DNA from: Mobula hypostoma
Lineage: Eukaryota
Reading direction: 5' to 3'
Assembly (NCBI RefSeq): GCF_963921235.1
Contig: NC_086108.1
Coordinates: 620,001-684,000 of the forward strand
Length of the DNA: 64,000 nt
Position numbers and translations under genes: made by a program. The notes below the pieces were generated by a model that saw only the letters and a program-made list of their open reading frames with translations, searched no databases and was not told the origin of the DNA. Shown here piece by piece: positions 1-12,806 of this stretch. Position 1 is the stretch's first letter, and each line of letters begins with the position of its first letter.

Positions 1-172
1 CTCTCTAAACCAGGCAGCATCCTGGTAAATCTCCTCTGTACCCTTATCCTTCCAAAGTGTACCACCTCACACTTCTCTGGGTTGAACTCCATCTGCCACT
101 TCTCAGCCCACTTCTGCATCCTATCGATGTCTCTCTGCAATCTTTGACAATCCTCTACACTATCTACAACCC
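1..172 (-). mobile_element. CR1 LINE RT C-terminal fragment
   Basis: Minus strand encodes a DIDRMQKWAEKWQMEFNPEKCEV-like segment, nearly identical to ~7480-7600. Confidence 0.85.
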
Positions 173-514
173 CTGTACACCCCTGCTTAATAGGGTTTTT
201 TTTGTCACCAAAATTTTTTTTCAATCTTTAAAATAATGATTTTTTCTTGAGACATTGTAAGTGTTGCTTACTTCGATGTACTCGTGTTAATTTTGGATAA
301 TAATAATAAAAAGATTTGAAAAGAGGAAAGAGCTTCTCTGAACTGTAAGAGTAGCCTTGCCTTGTGGATGTGGATATTCACCTCAGAGGCAACTAGACAT
401 GGGCTACAATATCCAACCTTGCAAAACTACTACTTCTTCTTCTTGGGCCCTTAGCTCCCAGTGAAGCATAGGTCATTGATGACCTCCTATTTCCATGGTC
501 CAAAGTCAATATTA

Positions 515-966
515 CGACGGGTGATTGATAAGTTTGTGGCCTACGGTAAATGAGTTATTAACTTCAAACGTTCTGCATAATCACTCAAAGCGTTGAACTG
601 CATGTGCATGTAACGAGAGCTGTATAACTCATCTCCTTCTAACTTAGGCCATGAACTTATCAATCACCCCTGCTGTGGACCACCTGGAGGTCCAAGATAC
701 TCTCGCTACCTGCACGTGTAGTTCAACTCTTTGAGTGAAAATGCAGAAAGTTTGAAGTTAGTAACGCATCTCCTTCTACCTCAGGCCACAAACTTATCAA
801 TCACCCCTGCTGTGGACCACTTCTACAAGGAAGTGATCCGTATGCTCCACAACTGCTGAACTAAGTGTGTACATGTAGGAGGGGACTATGTTGAAAAATA
901 AATGTGCTAGGTTTTCTAAAATTGACTCCTTCTACCTTAGGCCAGGAACTTATCAATCTTCCCTTG
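515..966 (+). mobile_element. Non-autonomous mariner element with TA TSD
   Basis: TA at 513-514 and 967-968. Left end CGACGGGTGATTGATAAGTTTGTGGCCT is inverted at the right end (AGGCCAGGAACTTATCAATCTTCCCTTG). ~818-902 reads like a mariner transposase C-terminus (HFYKEVIRMLHNC*TKCVHVGGDYVEK*). Confidence 0.8.
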
Positions 967-1842
967 TATGGTGGGAGTTCATCGATGTTTCTGTAATCCA
1001 TTGAATCCACTGTACAGAGGAGTGGCCTGTACAGCCTCACCCTTTGAGAGGCTTTCACCCTCATCAACCTTCCAGCCTTGTACTCTTTTCCCTTCCCTCA
1101 CCTTCATATTCCGGCTTCTTTCCCCTACTTTTCCAGTCCTGAAAAAGGGACTTGGCTCAAAACATCAACTCTTTATTCCTTTTTATCCTCCAGTATTTCA
1201 AAGGTTCATTTATTAGCAAATTGTACAACTCTGAAATTCTTCTTCTCCAGGTAGCCATGAAATCAAGAAAGAAAAGACCATTAATCCCTCCTCCCCGCAC
1301 AAAGAACACACAAAAATGGAACAGACACATTGAGTCGCAAATCCTCCTCCCCCACACTCAAAAAAACGAGAAAGATTAGGCAAAAAATACAGAATACAAA
1401 AAAATCATAAGACTAAAAAAGTTCACATCCAAAACACGGAAAACTTGGGCAACATTCTCCCTCCCCATGGCAGAGCAATCTCACCTGCGATAAAAAGGCA
1501 GTATTTTGTGTATGTTCCACCTGCAAGATTGGTAATGGTTTTAAAATACCTCTGATTCCTGTCAACTATTGTTATCTCTGTTGAAGGCTTGAAGAGAAAG
1601 GTGGACAAAATCGGGAGGCTGCAGAAGGTGTCCATGGATGATGGAATATCAGCCTGGAAAGTGGTGGAGTCAGCAGAGGATGAGTACGTAGTCACCCAGG
1701 CAGGTTAAATCTTTCCCAAACGGCATGAGAAAAGCAGCAAAAGAGGCGGAAAAGTGGGAAAGTGTACAACGTAGTTCCAGGATCCAAAAATGTATTGGTT
1801 GTAACCAAGAACAGAAGAAAGGAGCAAGAAGGGGCCACTCAC

Positions 1843-1961
1843 CATCAAATGTTGCCCTTCCAATAACATCACTTTTCCTCTCTTCCCATTTTCCGTTCCC
1901 GTCCATTGACTTTGACCCCAAATTGGTTTCACCCAAACGAGCCTCCTCAGTCCTCAGTGAA
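1843..1961 (-). CDS. Putative internal exon of an unidentified minus-strand gene
   Basis: Acceptor ttccctctcaactattcAG, donor ATG|GTGAGT. 119 nt, open frame SLRTEEARLGETNLGSKSMDGNGKWEERKSDVIGRATFD (phase 2 in, phase 1 out). Non-repeat sequence; no homology recognised. Confidence 0.35.
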
Positions 1962-2065
1962 CTGAATAGTTGAGAGGGAAGAGAGCTCCATCATTTATGA
2001 GCCTCCTCAGACCTCTGTGAACTGAATAGTTGAGGGGGGAGAGAGAGTTCCATAGTTTATGAGCC
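1939..2065. repeat. ~59-bp tandem duplication (2 copies plus partial)
   Basis: GAGCCTCCTCAG..GTGAACTGAATAGTTGAG.GGG..GAGAG..CCAT..TTTAT is repeated. Confidence 0.85.
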
Positions 2066-2145
2066 TTTAATTAAGAAAAGTAAAAAAAACTCAATGACAA
2101 GCCTTCTGTTCTTGGTACAATTGACCAGATTTTCATTTTCTCTTT

Positions 2146-3010
2146 CATAGAATCATAGAACACTACTGCACAGAAACAGGCCCTTCCACACATCTAGTTC
2201 ATGCCAAACTGTTATTCCACCCAGTCTCATCAACCCACACCCTGACCATAGCCCTCCGTACCTCTCCCATCCATGTCCTTATCCAAGCCTCTCCCTAGTC
2301 CCATCGCATCACACCTGGACCATAGCCCTCCATACCCCTCCCACCCATATACTTCTCGAAACTTCTCTTAAATGTTAAAATTAAATCTGTATGTACCACT
2401 TGTGCTCTCCCACAACTTCCGCACTCTCCCCACTCTCTGAGTGAAGAAACACCCCCTCATGTTCCTTTAAGTATTTCTCCTTTCACCCTTAATCCATGAC
2501 CTCTAGTTTTAGTCTCACCCAACCTCAGTGGAATAAGCCTGCTCTCATTTATCCTGTCTATGACCATTCATAATTATGTACATTCATTTTCTACGTCCCA
2601 AGGAATAAAGTTCAAACTTATTCAACCTTCCCCTACAACTCAAGTCCCAGCAACATTCTTGTAAATTTTCTCTGCACGCTATCTTATTAATATCTTTCCT
2701 GTAGATAGGTGAGCAGAACTGCACACAATACTCCAAACTTGGCCTCACCAGTGTCTTATACAACTTCAACATAATATCCTAACTCCATATTCTGTACTTT
2801 GACTTATGAAGGCCAATATGCCAAAAGCTCTCTTTACAACTCCATCTACCACTAATGCCACTTTCAAGGAATTATTGATCTGTATTCCAAGATCCATATT
2901 TTCTATTGCACTCTCCAGCACCCATCGTTCACAGTGTAAGCCCAACCCTGGTTTGTCATCTCAGAGTGCACATCACACTTGCCTCCTTTAAATTCCATCT
3001 GCCATTTTTA
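2146..3010 (-). mobile_element. Decayed CR1 LINE 3' portion
   Basis: ORF 2584-2772 (LYKTLVRPSLEYCVQF); (TTCTATG)-type tail at ~2146-2160. Confidence 0.85.
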
Positions 3011-3292
3011 GCCAGTCTTCCTTGCTGTCCACTGCACCCCCAATCTTTCTGGTACCTGTATCATTTTTCCCACCTTTTTTCCAGCTCTTCTCTTTTTTTT
3101 ATATTGAAATCAAGCCTTTCTTCAAGATAGCATACACAGGATCGATGATGGTCACTTGAGAATGCAGGTGGGACAGTACATCTTTTTTGTAACTCTGCTC
3201 TGCACTCCATGTAGTAAAGCTTATATTAAAGATTTACAGATTAGCTTTATTTGCCACACGTACATCGAAACATCAAAACATTAAAACGTGCA

Positions 3293-4690
3293 GGGGGATT
3301 AATGGATTTGTGGCTAAATTTGCCAATGATACAAAGATAGTTGGAGGAGCGGGTAGTGTTGAGGAAACAGAGAGCCTGCAGGGAGACTTAGATAGTTTAG
3401 GGGAATGGACAAAGAAGTGGCAAATGAAATACAATGTTGGAAAGTGTATGGTCATGCACTTTGGTGGAAGAAATAAACAGGCAGACTATTTTTTAGGTGG
3501 GGAGAGAATTCAAAATGCAGAGATGCAAAGAGACTTGGGAGTCCTTGTGCAGGATACCCTAAAGGTTAACCTCCAGGTTCAAAGATTCAAAAAACTTTAT
3601 TGTCATTCTAACCGTACATCAGCTCTGCAGGGCAGAATGAGACCGCGTTTCTCAGGAGCAGTGCAATCATAACATAACAAACGCAACACTAAATAATAAA
3701 CATAACAATAAATAGTAAAACACAACAGCCACATGTCAGTTAAAATCAAGTTATGAGTGTCCAGTGCAAGTTAAAAGTGTCCAAAGCAGAGTCAGATGGA
3801 GCAGCTATTTAGCAGTCTGGCTGCCTGTGGGAGGAAGCTGTTTAGTAGCTTTGCGGTTTTAGTTTTGATGCTCCTGTAACGTTTGCCTGATGGCAGAAGA
3901 ACAAATAGTTCATGGAGAGGGTGTGAGGGGTCTTTAATGATGTACCATGTCTTCTGGAGGCATCGACTCTGAAAGAGGTCTTGGACAGAAGGTAGGGAGA
4001 CCCCAATAACCTTCTCTGCTCCCCTAACCCCTAAGGTTGAGTCGGTGGAGAAGGACGTGAATGCAATGTTGGCATTCACTTCTAGAGGTACAGAATATAA
4101 GAGCAGGGATGTGATATTGAGGCTCTATAAGGCACTCGTGAGACCACACTTGGAGTATTGTGTGCAGTTTTGGTCTCCTTATTTTAGAAAGGATATACTG
4201 ACATTGGAGAGGGTTCAGAGAAGATTCACGAGAATGATTCCAGGAATGAAAGGGTTACTGTATGAGGAACATCTGGCAGCTCTGGGGCTGTATTTCCTGG
4301 AGTTCAGGAGAATGAGGGGGGATGTCATAGAAACATTCCGTATTTTAAAAGTCCTGAACATATTAGATTTGGCAAAGTTATATTGGTAGGGGAGTCTAGG
4401 ACACGAAGGCATGACTTCAGGATTGAAGGAAGTCCATTTAGAACAGAAATGTGGAGAAATTATTTCAGTCAGAGGATGTTAAATGTGTGGAATTTGTTGC
4501 CACGAGCGGAGACCAAGTCATTGGGTGTATTTAAAGGAGAGATAGATAGGTTCTTGAATAGTCAAGGTATGGGGAGAAGGCAGGGGAGTGGGGATGACTG
4601 GAAGAGTTGGATCAGCCCATGATTGAATGGCAGAGCAGACTCAGTGGGCCGAATGGTCTAATTCTGCTCCGATATCTTATGGTCTCATGC
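3293..4690 (+). mobile_element. CR1 LINE 3' portion interrupted by a Rex1-like insert
   Basis: ORFs AKFANDTKIVG..KWQMKYNVGKC and LYKALVRPHLEYCVQFWSP; CR1 3' UTR. Confidence 0.9.
3580..4033 (-). mobile_element. Rex1/Babar-type LINE 3' fragment
   Basis: ORF 3792-4079 (AEKVIGVSLPS..IIKDPSHPLHELFVLLPSGKRYRS..NSFLPQA). AGGTT is duplicated at 3575-3579 and 4034-4038. Confidence 0.85.
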
Positions 4691-4819
4691 AGTGGAATAT
4701 GTTGTTTGTGTCTTTTAAATGTTGTTATTATACATAGAACATAGCACAGTACAGCCCTTCGGCTTTCGGCCAATGACGCTCTTCCATCGTTTCAACCTAC
4801 TCTGAGATCAGTCTAACCC

Positions 4820-5685
4820 TTCCCCACTACTAAGCACATCTTTCCCTCTCCACCCCGTTCCACTTTCCGCAGGGATTGATCCCTCCGCGACTCACTTATC
4901 CGCACGTCCATCCCCACTGATCTCCCACCTGGCACTTATCCCTGTAAGCGTAAGTGCTACACCTGTCCCTACACCTCCTCTCTTGCCACCATTCAGGGCC
5001 CCAAACAGTCCTTCCAGGTGAGGCAACACTTCACTTGTGAGTCTGCTGGGGTCATCTATTGCATCCAGTGCTCCCGGTGCGGCCTCCTCTACATCGGTGA
5101 AACCCGACGCAGATTGGGGGACCGCTTGATCGAGCACCTCCACTTCGTCCGCCACAACAGACAGGATCTCCTGGTAGCCACCCAATTCAACTCTGCTTCC
5201 CACTTCAACTCTGCTTCCCACTCCCATTCAGTTATGTCCATACATGGCCTCCACTACTGCCATGATGAGGCTAAACTCAGGTTGGAGGAGCAACACCTCA
5301 TATACCATCTAGGTAGTCTCCAGCCCCTTGGTATGAACACAGAATTCTCCAACTTCTGGTAATTTCCTCCCCCTCCCTTCCTCTATCCCTATTTCACATC
5401 ACCTCCCTCATAGTTCCGCCTCCTTCTACTACTACTGCGCATTGTTCTCCTGCCAATCACCTCCCTGCTTCCCCTCCCCCACCCCTTTGTCTTTCAAATT
5501 ACTGTTTTTTTCAACTACCAGCATTCTTCAAATCCTCCCCAAAGTTCTTCCTTCAGTCCTGATGAAGGGTTTTGGCCCGAAACGTCGACTAATCTTTTCA
5601 ACTGATGCTGACTAACCTGCTGAGTTCCTCCAGCGCATTGTGAGAGTTCCTTTGACAACAGCATCTGCAGATTATTTTGTGTTAA
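4820..5685 (+). mobile_element. Penelope-like element 3' end: GIY-YIG endonuclease plus terminal repeat
   Basis: ORF 5018-5362 (VIYCIQCSRCGLLYIGETRRRLGDRLIEHL..RLEEQHLIYHLGSLQPLGMN), preceded by CKRKCYTCPY. Confidence 0.9.
5555..5590 (+). ncRNA. Minimal type I hammerhead ribozyme motif, intact core
   Basis: AGTC-CTGATGA-A-GGGT[TTTG]GCCC-GAAA-CGTC-GACT: stem I AGTC/GACT, stem II, and an ACGT palindrome in place of stem III. Predicted cleavage after C5586. Confidence 0.8.
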
Positions 5686-5699
5686 CCTTTCCTTCCCAC

Positions 5700-5892
5700 A
5701 AGTGCTTTCAGTCCCAACATAGCATGCCCACAACTTACTGACCCTAACTGGTTTTGGACAGTGGGAGGAAACCAGAGCCCCAGAGGAAACCCACACAGTC
5801 CTGGGGAGAACGTACAAACTGCTTACAGACAGTGGCGGGAATTGAACCCTGATTTCACAGCTGGCACTGTAAAGCATCACACTGCTGTGCCA
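5700..5892 (-). mobile_element. tRNA-derived SINE
   Basis: Minus-strand B-box GGTTCAATTCC followed by the shared CCGCCACTGTCTGTAAG..TCTGGTTTCCTCCCAC core. Confidence 0.7.
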
Positions 5893-5921
5893 GATATAAG
5901 ACAGAGATAACTAAGTCTTAC

Positions 5922-5968
5922 TTTTCACACCCTTTGACATTGTTCCATGTTTCTCCTCCAGGGAGCAT
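5922..5968 (-). CDS. Putative first coding exon of the minus-strand gene
   Basis: GCG-ATG at 5968 with an upstream in-frame TGA; MLPGGETWNNVKGCE, then AA|GTAAGA donor (phase 2), in phase with exon 1843-1961. Confidence 0.3.
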
Positions 5969-6279
5969 CGCCAACGAGCAATGAAACCCTTGAGATGGAC
6001 CATCAACTGCCCTCACATTAGGAACGTTTCACTGAAGTACGCTTTCTGAAGCACCTGCGTCTCAGGACTCAATGCCTTATCCACAATAACTTCTTTCTAA
6101 TTCCAGGAGAAGTACTCCTTCAAGCTGCTTTTGGTCAAATAACCATTTATTAATAAACAACGATCAGATTTTTGCCTCAGCTTGAGATTTCAAGTTAAAG
6201 TTTAAGTCTGTTTTCAGTCAACTGTACACCTGTTCACCACCAAAGCAAAGTTCTTCCAGGCCAAGATGCACAATGCAGT

Positions 6280-6431
6280 ACATACAACTCACACAAACAC
6301 ACAACTAACACACACTCACTCACAAACACAAACACACACACGCGTGTGCGTGTGCACACTCACTCACACGCACGGACACAACCCACCCAAACACTCACAC
6401 ACACCTACATATACACACTCACTCACTCACT

Positions 6432-6478
<47 letters not shown>

Positions 6479-6510
6479 ACACACACACACACACACAGAC
6501 CCACACTTGC
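6280..6510. repeat. (CA)n microsatellite / low complexity
   Basis: Long CA runs. Confidence 0.95.
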
Positions 6511-6740
6511 ACAAACATAGAAACACAGAAAACCTACAGCACAATACAGACCTTTCAGCCCACAATGCTGTGCCAAACATGTACTTACTTTAGAAATTAC
6601 CTAGGGTTTCCCATAGCCCTCTATTTTTCTAAGCTCCATGTACCTATCCAGGAGTCTCTTAAAAGACCCTATTTTATCCACCTCCACCATCGTCAGCAGC
6701 CCATTCCACACACTCACTACTCTCTGTGTAAAAAAACTTA

Positions 6741-9700
6741 CATAGAACATAGAACATAGAATAGTACAGCACAGTACAGGCCCTTTGGTCCACATTGTTG
6801 TGCTGACCCTCAAACCCTGCCTCCCACATAACCCCCCACCTTAAATTCCTCCATATACCTGTCTAGTAGTCTCTTAAACTTCACGGGTGTATCTGCCTCC
6901 ACCACTGACTCAGGCAGTGCATTCCACGCACCAACCACTCTCTGAGTAAAAAACCTTCCTCTAATATCCCCCTTGAACTTCATACCCCTTAACTTAAAGC
7001 CATGTCCTCTTGTATTGAGCAGTGGTGCCCAGGGGAAGAGGCGCTGGCTATCCACTCTATCTATTCCTCTTATTATCTTGTACACCTCTATCATGTCTCC
7101 TCTCACCCTCCTTCTCTCCAAAGAGTAAAGCCCTAGCTCCCTTAATCTCTGATCATAATGCATACTCTCTAAACCAGGCAGTATCCTGGTAAATCTCTCC
7201 AATGCTTCCGCATCCTTCCTACAGTGAGGTGACCAGAACTGGACACTGTACTCCAAGTGTGGCCGAACCAGAGTTTTATAGAGCTGCATCATTACATCGC
7301 GACTCTTAAACTCTATCCCTCGACTTATGAAAGCTAATACCCCATAAGCTTTCTTAACTACCCTATCCACCTGTGAGGCAACTTTCAGGGATCTGCGGAC
7401 ATGTACCCCCAGATCCCTCTGCTCCTCCACACTACCAAATATCCTACCATTTACTTTGTACTCTGCCTTGGAGTTTGTCCTTCCAAAGTGTACCACTTCA
7501 CACTTTTCCGGGTTGAACTCCATCTGCCACTTCTCAGCCCACTTCTGCATCCTATCAATGTCTCTCTGCAATCTTTGACAATCCTCTACACTATCCACAA
7601 CACCACCAACCTTTGTGTCATCTGCAAACCTGCCAACCCACCCTTCTACCCCCACATCCAGGTCGTTAATAAAAATCACGAAAAGTAGAGGTCCCAGAAC
7701 TGATCCTTGTGGGACACCACTAGTCACAACCCTCTAATCCAAATGTACTCCCTCCACCACCACCCTCTGCCTTCTGCAGGCAAGCCAATTCTGAATCCAC
7801 CTGGCCAAACTTCCCTGGATCCCATGCCTTCTGACTTTCTGAATAAGCCTACCACGTGGAACCTTGTCAAATGCCTTACTAAAACCCATATAGATCACAT
7901 CCACTGCACTACCCTCATCTATATGCCTCGTCAGCCCCTCAAAGAACTCTATCAGGCTTGTTAGACACGATCTGCCCTTCACAAAGCCATGCTGACTGTC
8001 CCTGATCAGACCACGATTCTCTAAATGCCCATAGATCTTATCTCTAAGAATCTTTTCCAACAGCTTTCCGACCACAGACGTAAGGCTCACTGGTCTATAA
8101 TTACCCGGACTATCCCTACTACCTTTTTTGAACAAGGGGACAACATTCGCCTCCCTCCAATCCTCCGGTACCATTCCCGTAGACAATGAGGACATAAAGA
8201 TTCTAGCAGCGGCTCAGCAATCTCTTCCCTCGCCTCGTGGTGCAGCCTGGGGAATATTCCGTCAGGCCCCAGCGACTTACCCGTCCTAAGGTATTTTAAT
8301 AACTTCAACACCTCCTCTCTCTTAATATCAACATGCTCCAGAATATCAACCTCACTCATATTGTCCTCACCGTCATCAAGTTCCCTCTCATTGGTGAATG
8401 CGCGGTTGGGAATCTTCCAGAGGGAAGGCCTCAAAATCCCCGGCTTTGCCTGCTGTTGGCGACCAAGATTGAGGTCGAATCGCTCGGACAGAGATGGCGC
8501 TCAGTACTCGGTGTCGGAGAGCTGATTCGGAGGCTCGAAGTTTTCGGATGACTCAGAGACGGATTGTGGTCGGGCATGGCAGGGAGAGTTTTTCTTCCTT
8601 CTCCCGTCTGCGTGAGATGTGGGACATTTGAGAAACTTTGAACTTTACTGTGCTCACGGACTTCTTCATCAAGTTATGGTATTGTTACACTGTTGTAACT
8701 ATATGTTATAATTATGTGGTTTTGTCAGTTTTTTAAGTCTTGGTCTGTCCTGTGTTTTGTGATACCACACCGGAGGAAATATTGTATCATTTCTTAATGC
8801 ATGCATTACTAAGTGACAATAAAAGAGGACTGCGTGTCTTCATAATCTAATCTAAATATTCATTGAGGACCTCGCTCACTTCCACAGCCTCCAGGCACAT
8901 CTTCCCACCTTTATCTCTAATTGGTCCTACCTTCACTCCTGTCATCCTTTTGTTCTTCACATAATTGAAGAATGCCTTGGGGTTTTCCTTTACCCTTCTC
9001 GCCAAGGCCTTCTCATGCCCCCTTCTTGCTCTTCTCAGCCCCTTCTTAAGCTCCTTCCTTGCTTCCCTATATTCCTCAATAGACCCATCTGATCCTTGCT
9101 TCCTAAACCTCATGTATGCTGCCTTCTTCCACCTGACTAGATTTTCTACCTCACTTGTCACCCATGGTCCCTTCATCCTACCATTCTTTATTTCCTCACC
9201 GGGACAAATTTATTCCTACCATCCTGCAAGAGATCTCTAAACATCGATCACATGTCCATAGTACATTTCCCTGCAAAAACATCATCCCAATTCACACCTG
9301 CAAGTTCTAGCCCTGTAGTCTCATAATTTGCCCTTCCCCAATTGAAAGTTTTCCTGTCCTTTCTGATTCTATCCTTTTCCATGATAATGCTAAAGGCCAG
9401 GGAGCAGTGGTCACTGTCCCCCAGATGCTCACCCACTGAGAGATCTGTGACCTGACCTGATTCATTACCTAATACTAGATCTAGTATGGCATTCCCCCTG
9501 GTCGGCCTGTCAACATACTGTGACAGGAATCTGTCCTGGACACACTTAACAAACTCTGTCCCATCCAAACCTTTGGAACTAATCAGGTGCCAATCAATAT
9601 TAGGGAAATTAAACTCACCCATGATAACAACCCTGTTATTTTTGCACCTTTCCAAAATCTGCCTCCCAATCTGCTCCTCTGTATCTCTGCTGCTACCAGG

Positions 9701-10497
9701 GGGCCTATAGAATACCCCCAATAGAGTAACTGCTCCCTTCCTGTTCTTGACTTCCACCCATATTGACTCAAAAGAGGATCCTGCTACATTACCCACCCTT
9801 TCTGTAGCTGTAATAGTATCCCTGACCAGTAATGCCACCCTTCCTCCTCCCCTTTTTCCGCCCTCTCTATCCCTTTTAAAGCTCTGAAATCCAGGAATAT
9901 TGAGAATCCATTCCTGCCCTGGTGCCAGCCAAGTCTCTGTAATGGCCACTACATCATAATTCCATGTATGTATCCAAGCTCTCAGTTCATCACCTTTGTT
10001 CCTGATGCTTCTTGCATTGAGGTACACACATTTCAGCCCTTCTACCTTACTGTCTTTACACCATTTATTCTGATTCTCTTTTCTCAAAGCCTCTCTGTAT
10101 GTTAGATCTGGCTTTACTCCATGCATTTCTTTCACTGCTCTATCTCTCTGGGTCCCATCCCCCTCGCAAATTAGTTTAAACCCTCCCGAACCATGCTAGC
10201 AAACCTACCTGCAAGGATATTGCTCCCCTCGAGTTCAGGTGCAACCCATCCAATCTGTACAGGTCCCACCTTCCCCAGAAGAGATCCCAATGATCTAAAA
10301 ATCTAAAACCCTGCTCCCTGCACCAACTCCTCAGCCACGCATTCAACTGCCATCTCCTTCAATTCTTACCATCACTATCACGTAGCACTGGCAGCAATCC
10401 TGAGAACGCCACCCATGACGTCCTGTTCTTCAGCCTTCTGCCTAGTTCCCGAAACTCACACTTCAGGACCTCATCCCTCTTCCTGCCTATGTCGTTG
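6741..10497 (-). mobile_element. CR1 LINE with ORF1 esterase C-terminus and frameshifted ORF2 (APE endonuclease + RT)
   Basis: ORFs 9248-10135 (YLNARSI, VAITETW, YRPP, SDH), 8847-9176, 7734-8195 (NYRPVSLTS) and 6810-7727 ([16 protein letters not shown]). SGNH-like DGLHLN at ~10230-10260. (TTCTATG)n tail at ~6741-6760. Confidence 0.95.
8400..8855 (+). mobile_element. 5'-truncated non-autonomous retroposon with (AATCT)n tail, inserted in CR1
   Basis: Interrupts CR1 between EVLNEY and FTNER. Its 3' end TGACAATAAAAGAGGACTG..CATAATCT is shared with ~46215-46250 and ~52360-52402. Confidence 0.7.
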
Positions 10498-11545
10498 ACA
10501 TCTCCTGACATCTCCTCTATACCTACCTCCAGGCATCTTAAAACTGTGTCCTCTCATGTTAGCCATTTCAGCCCTGGGAAAAAGCCTCTGACTATCCACA
10601 TGATCAATGCCTCTGATCATCTTATACACCTCTATCAGGTCACCTCTCATCCTCCGTCGCTCCAAGGAGAAAAGGCCAAGTTCACTCAACCTATTCTCAT
10701 AAGGCACACCCTCCAATCCAGGCAACATCCTTGCAAGTCTCCTCTGCACCCTTTCTATAGTTTCCACATCCTTCTTGTAGTGAGGTGACCAGAACTGAGC
10801 ACGGTACTCCGAGTGGGGTCTGACCAGGGTCCTATATAGCTGCAACATTACCTCTCGGCTCTTAAACTCAATCCCACTGTTGATAAAGGCCAATGCACCA
10901 TATGCCTTCTTAAACACAGTCAACCTGCACAGCAACTTTGAGTGTCCTATGGACTCGGACCCCAAGATTCCTCTGATCCTCCACACTACCAAGAGTCTTA
11001 CCATTAATACTATATTCTGCCATCATATTTGTCCTACCAAAAGGAACCACCTCACATATATCTGGGTTTAACTCCATCTGCCACTTCTCAGCCCAGTTTT
11101 GCATCCTATCGATGTCCCGCTGTAACCTCTGACAGCCCTCCACATGATCCACAAAGGTTATAAAAGACCTGGATGAGAAAGTGGAGGGATGGGTTTGTAC
11201 ACCTTTGTGTCATTACCAGATTTACTAACCCATCCCTCCACTTCCTCATCCAGGTCTCTTATAAAAAATCACAAAGAGTAGGGGTCCCAGAACAGATCCC
11301 TGAGGCACACCACTGGTCACCGACCTCCATGCAGAATGTGACCCATCTACAACCACTCTTTGCCTTCTGTGGGCAAGCCAGGTCTGGATCCACAAAGCAA
11401 TGTCCTCTTGGATCCCATGCCTCCTTACTTTCTCAATAAGCCTTGCATGGGTACCTTGTCAAATGCCTTGCTGAAATCCATATACACTACATCTACAGCT
11501 CTACCTTCATCTATGTTTGTAGTCACATCCTCAAAAAATTCAATC

Positions 11546-11962
11546 ACTCAATCACACACACCAACACATACAACATACACAATCACTCAGACATGCTCCC
11601 ACACACAGACAGGCACACATACTAATGCACTCTCTCACACACAACCACACACACTCACTCACACCCACACTCACACACACATACAGACACACACAAAAAC
11701 ACTCCTCACAGACACACACAGAAACCCACACATGCACACACGCGCACGCACAGACCGAACCACACACTTTTATCACACATACTCACTCACACACCAACAC
11801 ACACAGTCACAGACACATACTCATAGACAAACAGACATACACACTCACAACTCCACACACACACCTAAACATACACATACACTCACATATACACACACAC
11901 ACCCACATACACACACAAATTCACACACCACACACATACACAGACATACAGACAGACAGACA

Positions 11963-12001
<39 letters not shown>

Positions 12002-12421
12002 CAAGCGCACACACACTGCACACACATATTACACACACGCACACCCCACACCACACATATACACTGCCACACAGGCACATACAGAGACACACACACACTT
12101 ACACATTCAGTCACATACTCACTCACTCACTCACTCACACACACTCACACAACTGCAGACAAAAACACACACACGAATCACACAAACACACATGCACAAC
12201 CCACACCTACACATACCCACACAAACACACACACATTCACTAACACACACACTCACATACACACTCACTCACTCACACAATTGCTGCCAAAAACACACAT
12301 GCACAAATCACACAAACACACTGATACTCACACACACTACACACACACAATCACACACACACACACACATAGATATACGTATACCCACACACAGACACGC
12401 ACACATTCAGACACCATACAC

Positions 12422-12475
<54 letters not shown>

Positions 12476-12770
12476 TGCACATACAGCGAGAGAGAGAGAG
12501 AGACACACACACACACCACACATACACATATACACGCAGCCACGCGCAGCCACATACACACACATACACTGCACATATGGGGGGGGAGAGAGACACATGC
12601 CACACACACAAATATACAGAGAGAGATAGAGCCACACACACACCACAAATACACATATACACACAGCCACACACACACCACACATACAGAGAGAGAAACA
12701 CACACACCTCACACTCAAATACTGAAAGAGAGCGATAGAGACCACTCACACAAACATACAGAGAGAGATA

Positions 12771-12806
<36 letters not shown>

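Larger units (their letters stand above)
6513..11545 (-). mobile_element. Older CR1 3' half split by a younger CR1
   Basis: The 3' UTR at 6513-6740 ends ...GTAAAAAAACTTA and resumes ..CCTGACATCTCCTCT at ~10504. RT ORFs 10471-11004 and 10910-11152. Confidence 0.8.

Noticed and set aside
1423..1710. Further minus-strand exon (ADIPSSMDTF...)
   Set aside because: The candidate acceptors give early stops in the phase required by exon 1843-1961.
4021..4034. CCCCTAA x2 as a telomeric repeat
   Set aside because: Only two units, not TTAGGG, and explicable as a junction micro-duplication.
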